From: Eledone cirrhosa | Taxonomy: Eukaryota | Assembly: GCA_964016885.1 (NCBI GenBank) | Contig: OZ024743.1 | Location: 113,708,001 to 113,772,000, forward strand | Direction of reading: 5' to 3' | Length of the DNA: 64,000 bases | Shown here: one piece after another, positions 53,745-64,000 of the stretch | Layout: each line of letters begins with the position of its first letter | Numbering within the stretch: the stretch's first letter is position 1 | Program-made: the position numbers and the translations under genes | The notes under the pieces: model-generated | The model's database searches: none | The model's input: the letters and a program-made list of their open reading frames with translations, nothing else | What the model was told of the DNA's origin: nothing

Positions 53745-56338
53745 TTAAAACAGTCAAGGTGAGATTTTTGTATGTTTATTATACATAGATAGACCATATA
53801 CACCTCTAAATACACCTCTATTATTTATTTTATTGATCTCAGTAGGATGTAAGTCAAAATTGACTTCAGCAGGATTTGAATTCAGAACATAGAATATCAT
53901 AGCTAATTGCTGCAGACTATTTTGTCTGACACTCTAATGATTATGCCAATTCATGTAATGATTTCTAATTTAGGCACAGGACTAGGAATTTGTGGGGAGA
54001 GAAAAGTCAGTTATATTAACAACAGTACTTAACTTCTTCTTCTTGTTCTTGCTCAACAAGGCCGGGGTCATCCTAAATCAGTGATCGCAAAGTATCATCG
54101 TGTGTAGAGCCGACCAGTTCTACCAGCACCCTCCATCGCTGGCAGTCCCGTGCCAGCTCTTCTGCATCATCCAAAGTGATGTCAAGCCTCCGAAGATCTT
54201 TCCTGATAATATCCAGTCATCTGATATGGTGCAGGGCCTGCCACAGGGCTTCTTCCAGCCTGGTACTTTATTTTATCAACCCCTAGAAGGATGTAAAACA
54301 AAGTTAACAGGATCTAAGCTCAGAATGTAAATAGCTGAAACTAAATGCTGCAAAGTATTTTGTCTCATGCTCAAATGGCTCTGCTAATCCACCACCTCGC
54401 AACCAATCCAAAGACTGAAGAACAGAAGAAATTGTTCAATTTTCCAGCAACTAGCTACAATTCACCTACTGTCCAATATTTCAGATCTTGCGAATGTTGA
54501 GCTCATTGCTGCCAACTCTGTTGATAAAATAAAATACCAATCAAGTACTGAGGTTAATTTAATCAACTTCCTTCTACCCACCTCTAATTGCTGGCCTTGT
54601 ACCAAACTTTGAAACCATTAATGAATCATATACATCCCCGTGATGTCTATTCTCAGTTTAGGTGACCTGTCTTACCCAGGAACAATATGCAACATGATAT
54701 AGAAGATAAAGTGTCATGGCACCAGATCTTCAATAATTTCTTCAGTCAGTTTCTATCATTTCACTGCAGTCAGTGAGACCAACCCCTTGTTGTCTAGGCC
54801 AACTGTCAAATTCTATTATCCCCAATCAATATTAATGTTTGAACCTTTAAATATATAGTGTATTGATGAAAGTAAGAGGTTATATATTTTCTAATTTCCA
54901 GAATATATATCTGTTTCAATGAAGAACGAAATGTCTTAAACAATTATATCATGTCATGAGAACTAAATTGTTGTTATTTATAAAAGACAGAATCACTGCA
55001 TTATACAAGAATGATCTCTAGCAAGCCATCTTAGCTACATTTAAATAATTTTTAGAGTGTATCCAAAGAGTAATAATATAGGATATTCACAGTTTTGTAT
55101 TGTTGTTGTTCATGTTCTTATTGTCATTGTTGTTGGTGGTGGTGTATTTATTTTTGTTGTTGTTGTTGTCACTCAAAAGTGCCAGGTGGTAGTGTTAAAC
55201 CAGGCAAATAATTAAATCAACCATGGAATTGGGCCACAGTATGATTTAAACTCACAATGCAAGTCATTGTCAGATTTACCATTGTGCTTAGGTGTGCTTA
55301 AGCACAGGGCTCCGTTGGCCGAGGTGGGGACGGACATCTTCCTGCCAAAAAAATTTTTACAATGAATTTTACGATAAAAGGGGTCTCATAACTTACTGAG
55401 AGGGCTTCATTTGTCCTAAATCCGGCATTCATGCAAGGAGACAGAATATATACAAAGAACTGGCTAGATTTTGGTATATATAAAAAGTAATAATAAATGA
55501 CTTATTAGATAAAAGCCTTTGTTTCAAGAAGGTGAATATATTATTTCCAACACCAAAACCTAAGAGGAAAAGGAGTTATCGTAGTTAAGAAGGGTTTGAT
55601 GTGTAATTTTTTGGTGGCTATTTTACTAGGATTGAAAAAAGAATACAAGTACCAGTTTATATACTTAGGTTGAATAAACTGACAATTCTAACACCCACCA
55701 TTCTACCTATCCACCCAGTGAGAGAACAAAAAACTAACCTGATGCTAAGCCAGAAAGAAATCCTTATCTTTTTTCTTCGATATTTTAATAGATGTTTTAT
55801 CCAGCCCTTAACTCTCATAACGTGTTATGTGAAGAAATAAATTGATTGTGTTAATGTACATTAGCTTATATAAAATATATGCGTTTACTTTCTCTTTCTC
55901 TCAAGAATTATTTTTAATGCCTTGCTTACTTTAGAGAACAATACTATAATAAACAGATTGATTCAGTGGAAATGGGGAAAGTGAGGATTTAATATTTAAC
56001 ATGGTAGACATATAGCAAACACTAAAAAAAAAAAAAAAAATTTTTATTTTACTTTTTTACTCCACCCCCTCCATATTCTCCACCCACTGACATAATCCCT
56101 ATTGAATTAATAAAACCTAATTTATTCCAAGTATTATTAACTGCTGAAAATAAGAGAGTGTGAAAGAATTTGGAATTTTTGAGAAGGCGGTGGAAGAATA
56201 AAAAAATTAATGTCTACCCTGATCAGACATTAGGCACCATATAAATTTATTTTGTTCTTTGAAAGAATGGAAGTATAAAAATATGGTACTACTTCATCTA
56301 TTCTCTGACTATCTTAGTTACTGTTTTTTTATTCTTTA

Positions 56339-58078
56339 TTGTATTATGAGGAGAATGAGGAGAATAATTGGGAGAAAGGCAGTCTCCCCCATATCGACCC
56401 AATAGAGGGACCAGCAGTGTTAGTCGAGGGGAGTATAATAAGTAAGGCAATCAAGGATATGAAGACTGGTAAGGCGGCTGGGCCTTCGGAAATAGTTGCT
56501 GAGATGCTGAAGGCATCTGGCACGGTGGGACACACCATGGTCACCCGCATAGTTAACCAAGTCGTACAAAACGGGGTTGTTCCGAAGGACTGGCATAGCA
56601 GCATCATCGTTAACTGTTATAAGGGTAAAGGAGACGCCCTAGATAGGAGTAACTATAGAGGCATTAAATTAATCGACCAGGTCATGAAGGTCACGGAAAG
56701 AGTAATAGCGCAGCTAATCAGAGAGAGAATTGACCTAGATGAAATGCAGTTCGGGTTTGTGTCAGGCAAAAGTACCACAGACGCTCTTTTCATAGTACGA
56801 CAACTACAAGAGAAGTACCTAGCTAAAGGTAAACCCCTCTACTTAGCTTTTGTCGACTTGGAGAAAGCCTTCGACAGAGTCCCCCGCTCCATTATCTGGT
56901 GGGCTCTTAGAAAACTAGGCGTTGACGAATGGCTTGTGAGGGCTATACAAGCCATGTATAAAGAAACAGTCAGCAAGGTTAGAATTAACAACGAATATAG
57001 TGAAGAGTTTAGCGTAAAAGTCGGCGTCCATCAGGGCTCTGTTCTCAGTCCACTACTATTTATTATTGCCCTTCAGGCCATAACAGAGGAGTTCAAGACA
57101 GGCTGCCCATGGGAACTCCTATACGCAGACGACCTGACACTCATAGCGGAATCAATGGCCGAGCTAGAGAAGAAATTCCAAACATGGAAGCACGGCCTAG
57201 AGTCAAAAGGACTTAAAATTAACCTGGCTAAGACCAAAGTACTAGTTTGTAGGAAAGAAAACAAGGCGGCGGTCCCTTCTGGGAAATGGTCGTGCTCGGT
57301 GTGTAGGAAAGGCGTAGGTAGAAACTCCATTTTATGTCCTAAATGCAAAGTATGGGTGCATAAAAGATGTAGTGGGATCACAGGTAGGCTAACTAAGAAC
57401 ATAGATTTTACATGTGGCCGGTGCTCTGGTGCAATAAGTAGCAGCAAGCGCCCACAAACTACTAGCTCTTTCAATTGCGCAGAGGGTTCTATAGAAATAG
57501 TGGACAGCTTCCGTTACCTGGGCGATAAAATCAGCAGTGGGGGAGGGTGCTCTGAAAGTACTGTAGCTAGAGTCAGAACTGGTTGGAAAAAGTTCAGAGA
57601 GCTTATACCACTATTAGCTGCTAAAGGGTTCTCACTAAAAATGAAAGGCAGGTTGTACGATGCCTGCATACGAACAGCAATGCTGCATGGCAGTGAGACC
57701 TGGGCATTGTGTGCAGAGGATATACGCAGACTAGAGAGGAACGAAGCTTGCATGCTCCGCTGGATGTGTAACAGTAATATACGTGAACGGCAAAGCATAA
57801 ACGAACTAAGGAATAAATTAGAGATAAGAGGGATCAGATGTTGTTTACTCGAGAGAAGGCTACGTTGGTATGGACACGTGATGCGCATGAAAGTCGATAG
57901 CTGTATAACAAAGTGCAGGGCAATAAAGATAGACGGTAGTCACGGAATAGGCAGACCTAGAAAAACCTGGGACGAGCTGATAAACTCCGACATCACACAC
58001 TTACACCTCTCCAAGACAATGTCACTGGACCGAGACCTTTGGCGGTACTCAGTAACAGAGAAGACCCGCCTTACCTAA
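56339..58078 (+). CDS. RTE LINE reverse transcriptase ORF, 5'-truncated, stop-free, with PHD-type finger
   Basis: KAAGPS, NYRGIKL, QFGF, FVDLEKAFD, GVHQGSVLSP, YADD, FRYLG, RRLRWYGH, GRPRKTW; the TTG start probably comes from flank. Confidence 0.93.
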   Translation: MYYEENEENNWEKGSLPHIDPIEGPAVLVEGSIISKAIKDMKTGKAAGPSEIVAEMLKASGTVGHTMVTRIVNQVVQNGVVPKDWHSSIIVNCYKGKGDALDRSNYRGIKLIDQVMKVTERVIAQLIRERIDLDEMQFGFVSGKSTTDALFIVRQLQEKYLAKGKPLYLAFVDLEKAFDRVPRSIIWWALRKLGVDEWLVRAIQAMYKETVSKVRINNEYSEEFSVKVGVHQGSVLSPLLFIIALQAITEEFKTGCPWELLYADDLTLIAESMAELEKKFQTWKHGLESKGLKINLAKTKVLVCRKENKAAVPSGKWSCSVCRKGVGRNSILCPKCKVWVHKRCSGITGRLTKNIDFTCGRCSGAISSSKRPQTTSSFNCAEGSIEIVDSFRYLGDKISSGGGCSESTVARVRTGWKKFRELIPLLAAKGFSLKMKGRLYDACIRTAMLHGSETWALCAEDIRRLERNEACMLRWMCNSNIRERQSINELRNKLEIRGIRCCLLERRLRWYGHVMRMKVDSCITKCRAIKIDGSHGIGRPRKTWDELINSDITHLHLSKTMSLDRDLWRYSVTEKTRLT

Positions 58079-58473
58079 ATATATAGTAAAACCTACTCCA
58101 GCCAGTAGGCATCTCTAACAAATACACCCCGTCCCACCACCCCCACCCGATCCACACCACCCCGTTCTATGTAAAGTTATGTTGGTGCCGCGCCATCGAG
58201 GCCGAAACAAATGAGATCGTGTAGGTGTCACGACAAAAAAACACACAGTCCACGCTGTAATGTGGCCGTGTAGGCAACACGGTAAAAACCTCCCAGACCC
58301 ACACTGTAAATGTGGTTGGTGTTAGGAAGGGCATCCAACTGTAGAAAACCTGCCAGACAGTCCTATGCGAGCAAGACAATCACTCTTGCCTCAAGTGGGA
58401 CTACCCCCGTCCAAACCCATGCAAGCGTGGAACACGGACGTTAAACGCTGATGATGATGATGATGATGATGAT
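58079..58473 (+). mobile_element. RTE 3' UTR and (GAT)n tail
   Basis: GTTAGGAAGGGCATCC...GGACGTTAAAC(GAT)n. Confidence 0.85.
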
Positions 58474-58538
58474 TACTTCATTTCATTTTTTTTTTATTGT
58501 TGCTGTTATCCTTTTTTGTTATTTATATATTTTGTTTC

Positions 58539-58592
<54 letters not shown>

Positions 58593-59548
58593 CGTTTATC
58601 TGTCTTTTAGTGACCATTAGTTCCAATATGGGAATATTAATAAATATATAAATAAACCTCCCCCCGCACCCACCCACCCATATATATATATATAAATATA
58701 TATATACATCATCAGCATCATCATCGTTTAACGTCCATTTTTCACGTTAGCATATACATATATATATATATATATATATACATTATATATATAGTGAGAG
58801 AAATAAAATTATCTTTATTTTTGCTTTCTTTATATCCCTGTTTATTTCCTAGTTTCTGTAAGAGCTCTCCATTTGTTAGTTGGAATATCCATTGAAATAA
58901 AGAGATGATATTAAATATGAGAGAATTAACCATATAATCAATAAGACAGGAACCCAATCATTAGGGATATATCTACGTAGCTACCTTAATTGGCCAACAT
59001 ATAAAAGGGCTGTACTAATGTGATCTGTTGTTTTTTATTAACAGTTTCAGTATATGTATGTTGTTTGTTGTTTAGCTCCAAGTCAGCCTTGATTCAACAG
59101 ACTAATCTAAGTCCAGTCACTATATAGTGGCTCCACCTGTGTGTAATTTGTAATAGCTTCAAGTCAGTTCTGATTAAATAGACTTATAATCAAAGGTGTT
59201 CCAGCTATGTCCATCCCATTTTTATAAAAACTATATGATGCACTGTGTGGAAAATTTGACTTCTATTTCTAGCATGTTGATCCACTATGTAGATATTTCC
59301 ATGTATCGTTATGATTGCTGTTGTTTAAACTCAAATGAGCCATCATTTGGTAAATTTATCATCAAAGGTGTTCCAGTTATATATGCCATGTACTTTGAGG
59401 AAAATTTGGTTTCTATTTGTAGCTGCTTGAGTTACTGTATAGAGACTTCCTTATTGATTGGTTTTAGTGTGTGTATAAGTGTATTGTTGTGGTGGTTATT
59501 GTTGTGGTTGTTTAGTCTTTAGCCAGTCATGATATATATGGTTTGATG

Positions 59549-59975
59549 CTAAACTCCGCCAGTTGCAGACTGCGCATCAACACGAGATATTTTTCTCCAC
59601 AAAGTTTGATCACCAGCAATAGAGTTTAAAGAGCAAAGATCAAGTCCAGTCCATAAGTTGACATTATCGATACATCGTTTTGGCAGCTGGCCTCTGATTC
59701 TCATACCAGCCAACCTTCCTTCCAGGCATAACCTACTCACACCACAAGTTGATTTTTTTTATATGACCGTATAGTTTGAGTACTCTTGACTTGACAATTG
59801 ATGTAATTGGTCTAAGTCTGGTAATGTTGAGCAGCTCACTGATACAGATACGGTCACTGAACCACTGGCCTGTCATAAGTCTCATGATACGGTCACTGAA
59901 CCACTGGCCTGTCATAAGTCTCATGATACGGTCACTGAACCACTGGCCTGTCATAAGTCTCATGATATAGCAGTG
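59549..59975 (-). pseudogene. Old LINE C-terminal fragment with 3 x 39-bp internal repeat
   Basis: SRVLKLYGHI, LEGRLAGMRIRGQ; repeat at about 59848-59967. Confidence 0.65.
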
Positions 59976-60386
59976 ATCAAATGCTATTCCACTTACAACT
60001 ATACCATTTCTCCAAACATCCGTCACTCTCCGACAGGTTAGCAGTGGAGACTTCTGGTGTCCTTCACCCAAGGGCCACCACTCTGCTCACCACTATTGAC
60101 ACAGAGTTGGCTACCAGCAGGTGTTCGCCCCGCAAGTTGGAATGGCTCTTCCAGTGCATACCCTCATCGTCTTCCATGGAAAGGCCTTCTCTATTTTGTC
60201 TGCCGGGGCTGTAGGGCAGCCAGTGCGTAGGCCCCCATTTACTCATAATAGTGAGAGGTGGGGAGAGTGAGATAGGCAGTGACAGCGGGAGTTGGGTTCT
60301 TTTGTGTTTGAACCTGGTGTATATGTATACGTTTCTCACACACTCATGACAATATTTTTTTAATTCTGGAATAGTATACTCTAGAC

Positions 60387-60550
60387 CAATGGTTACCAAC
60401 CAGTGGTCCGCGGGTCCGAGAGAAAATTTTGGTGGTCCGCAGAAAAATTTTAATGTATTTATCTTTTTAAAAAAATTCATATTAGTGGTCCACAGAATTT
60501 AAAATTATGAATTTAGTTGTTTGTGAGGTCCGAAAGGTTGGTGACCACTG
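60387..60550. mobile_element. hAT/Charlie-like MITE
   Basis: TIRs CAATGGTTACCAACC / GGTTGGTGACCACTG; NTCTAGAN target duplication. Confidence 0.8.
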
Positions 60551-60647
60551 TTCTAGATAATATTATTCCTATCATCAATCCCTTTACAGTGCTTGCATTA
60601 CATCTTAGTGCTTACATTATAGAGATTATCTATGACAGGAATAAGTG

Positions 60648-61750
60648 TCCTGTACATCTGGTGTCAGGTTTTATTTGAGCATTACTGGTCTCTTAGATGG
60701 GTTGCTCCTGTACATCTGGTGTCAGGTTTTATTTGAGCATTACTGGTCTCTTAGATGGGTTGCTCCTGTACATCTGGTGTCAGGTTTTATTTGAGCATTA
60801 CTGGTCTCTTAGATGGGTTGCTCCTGTATATCTGGTGTTAGGTTTTATTTGAGCATTACTGGTCTCTTAGATGGGTTGCTCCTGTACATCTGGTGTCAGG
60901 TTTTATTTGAGCATTACTAGTCTCTTAGATGGGTTGCTCCTGTACATCTGGTGTCAGGTTTTATTTGAGCATTACTGGTCTCTTAGATGGGTTGCTCCTG
61001 TACATCTGGTGTCAGGTTTTATTTGAGCATTACTGGTCTCTTAGATGGGTTGCTCCTGTATATCTGGTATCAGGTTTTATTTGAGCATTACTGGTTTCTT
61101 AGATGGGTTGCTCCTGTACATCTGATATCAGGTTTTATTTGAGCATTACTGGTTTCTTAGATGGGTTGCTCCTGTACATCTGGTGTCAGGTTTTATTTGA
61201 GCATTACTGGTCTCTTAGATGGGTTGCTCCTGTACATCTGGTGTCAGGTTTTATTTGAGCATTACTGGTTTCTTAGATGGGTTGCTCCTGTACATCTGGT
61301 GTCAGGTTTTATTTGAGCATTACTGGTTTCTTAGATGGGTTGCTCCTGTACATCTGGTGTCAGGTTTTATTTGAGCATTACTGGTTTCTTAGATGGGTTG
61401 CTCCTGTACATCTGGTGTCAGGTTATATTTGAGCATTACTGGTCTCTTAGATGGGTTGCTCCTGTACATCTGGTGTCAGGTTTTATTTGAGCATTACTGG
61501 TCTCTTAGATGGGTTGCTCCTGTACATCTGGTGTCAGGTTTTATTTGAGCATTACTGGTTTCTTAGATGGGTTGCTCCTGTACATCTGGTGTCAGGTTAT
61601 ATTTGAGCATTACTGGTCTCTTAGATGGGTTGCTCCTGTATATCTGGTATCAGGTTTTATTTGAGCATTACTGGTTTCTTAGATGGGTTGCTCCTGTACA
61701 TCTGGTGTCAGGTTTTATTTGAGCATTACTGGTCTCTTAGATGGGTTGCC
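60648..61750. repeat. 58-bp minisatellite, about 19 copies
   Basis: CCTGTACATCTGGTGTCAGGTTTTATTTGAGCATTACTGGTCTCTTAGATGGGTTGCT at 60649, 60707 and onward. Confidence 0.97.
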
Positions 61751-62189
61751 TTTACTGAAGTTTATTGAGTCTGTGTTTTTCTTCATTCTTTCCTTTTCTT
61801 TTAATGTTTGTAAACATCGCCAATATTAGTTAGAGCTTTGGACAACATGCTCTATGGCATAGAGTTACGGCCTTTTACGTTCTGAGTTTAAATCCCGCCG
61901 AGGCTTGTTTTACCTTTCATCCTTAAGGTGTTGATCAAATAAAGTACCAGTAATGTACTGGGGTCGATTTAACTGACTTTCCCCTTCCCTTCAAATTCCT
62001 GACCTTGTGCCAAATGTAGAAACCATTTTATATAGGTGCAGCAGGCATGGCTGATGGTTAAGGAGTTTGCTTTGCTACCAGTTGGTTCTGGTTCAGTACT
62101 GTTCTGTGGCACCTTCGGCAAGTCCCTTCTACTATAGCCTCAGGTTGACTAATGTCTTGTGAATGGAATTTGATACTGCAGAAAATTGA

Positions 62190-62707
62190 CATCATCATCA
62201 TCATCATCATCATCGTTTAACGTCCATGTTCCACGCTTGCATGGGTTTGGACGGGGGTTTTCCCACTTGAGGCAAGAGTGGTTGTCTTGCTCGCATAGGA
62301 CTGTCTGGTGGGTTTTCTACAGTTGGATGCCCTTCCTAACACCAACCACATTTACAGTGTGGGGCTGGGAGGTTTTTACCGTGTTGCCTACACGGTCACA
62401 TTACAGCGTGGACTGTCTGGCGGGTTTTCTACAGCTGGATGCCCTTCCTAACACCAACCACATTTACAGTGTGGGGCTGGGAGGTTTTTACCGTGTGCCT
62501 ACACGGCCACATTACAGCGTGGACTGTGTGTTTTTTTTGTCGTGACACCTACACGATCTCATTTGTTTCAGCCTGGATGTTGTGGCACCAACATAACTTT
62601 ACATAGAAGGGGGCGGTGTGGATGGGGTGGGGGAGTGGTATTTTGTTAGAGATGCCTACCGACTGTAGTAGGTTTTACTATGTATTTAGGTAAGGCGGGT
62701 CTTCTCT
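62190..62707 (-). mobile_element. 5'-truncated RTE 3' end, same family as 56350-58473
   Basis: Reverse complement of about 58057-58473 incl. the ORF stop; about 112-bp internal duplication. Confidence 0.88.
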
Positions 62708-63249
62708 ATTTCTGACCTTGTGCCAAATGTAGAAACTATTTATATATCATCATCAACATTTTGCATCTACCTTTCCATGCTTACATTGGTTGGATGGGTC
62801 TTTTCAATACAGCATCCCTCCACTTATCACATGCTTTATGTCATCTCTTCTCTGAGCTCCAGTGATTAGGGATCAACTCTTATCTCCTCCGCCAATGTCT
62901 TCCTTGATCATCCTCTACTGTGGTTTATGTCAATTGGAATTTGTTGACCCTTTTATTCCCAGCGGTCAACATCCATGTACATCTCATGTCCATACCAGTG
63001 CAGAAACCCAGAAACCCCTAGGGGGGGGGGGGGGGGGACTACAAAATAGACAAAGACCAAGGAAAACCTGGGTTCTGGGTGAAGTTGGTGAGAGCTGATC
63101 TCAAATTGCTGATGCTAACCGAGGAGATGGGGAAGGATGGATGAAATGAGAGATGTGCTGAAAAAGATCCATCCAACCCATGCAAGCATGGAAAGTAGTC
63201 ATAAAATGATTTAAAGGCAGTAGATTGGTAGTCATCAACATAATCTTGT

Positions 63250-64000
63250 TTCACTTTCTCTTTCTCTTTCACTCTTTCTCTCTCTCTCTCTCTCTGCTTT
63301 CATATTTCACCATATCTCCCTTCTTATTCCTCTCATTCCTTTTCTGTCTTCATCTTGCTTTCTCTATCTTCTTGTTCTCCCATTTTTTCTCCTTGCACCC
63401 TTCTTTCTTTCTCGCACTCTCTTCCTTTCTCTTTTTATTCTCTCTCTCTCCTTACTCTCATCCCACTTTCTCCTAAATCTCATCTCTCTTTCCCTCTCTC
63501 TTTTGACTCTCATCTCTCCCTCTCTCATTTTCTCTCCTTACTCTTATCTCTCCCTTCTCACCCTCATCTCTGCCTTTCTCACACTCACCCTGCCTCCCAC
63601 TCGCTACCCTCCCCCAATCTCTTCTACCCTCTCTTCCACCCACTCCCATAGACAACACCTTTATATCCTCCCCTATAAACAGGTGTGTTGATAACAAGCA
63701 ATTAAATAAGTGTTTAATAATGTAAAACATCACAACACCCTTCGCCCCCCCCCCCCCCCCACCACAAGCTATCAATTACCCCTCCCTCGCTATCTCTGCT
63801 AGCCACCCTCTATTACTAACATTCCCCCCACCTAGCTCTCCTGCCCTTCCCGTACCTAATCTCCTGCCTCTCCCCCACCTATCACTCCTGTCCCTCCCCC
63901 ACAAGCTCTCTTGCCTCTCCCCCACCAGCTTTCCTGCCCCCTCCTCCACCTAGCTCTCCTGCCCCTCTCCCATCTAGCTTTCCTGCCTCTCCCCCACCTA
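63250..64000. repeat. Pyrimidine-rich tract and C-rich CCCCCACCTAGCTCTCCTGC repeats
   Basis: Directly visible. Confidence 0.75.

Overview
AT-rich, repeat-dominated eukaryotic DNA. No intact host gene can be confidently called. The mix of (TA)n/(GA)n/(CAT)n microsatellites, RTE LINEs and tRNA-derived CORE- and Nin-type SINEs resembles an octopus/cephalopod genome (inference). Mobile elements: two RTE LINEs (decayed near-full-length 26614-29553 on -, 5'-truncated but stop-free 56350-58473 on +), a rearranged Gypsy LTR element nested in a piggyBac-type MITE, a mariner remnant, R4/Dong-like endonuclease fragments, Helitrons, hAT/pogo MITEs and many SINEs. Minisatellites have 96, 58, 33, 138 and about 26 bp units. 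The most notable signal is a set of type I hammerhead ribozyme motifs read by eye (7204, 16638, 40869, 42170, 43256, plus decayed copies). Most have palindromic stem III, several have long stem II or non-canonical 10.1-11.1 pairs, and some sit in fold-back elements inserted in (TA)n, consistent with Penelope-like pLTR/retrozyme relics. The RTE ORFs carry a C4HC3 PHD-type finger inside the RT region. Most ORFs in the supplied track are microsatellite artefacts. All coordinates were counted by hand and may be off by a few bases.
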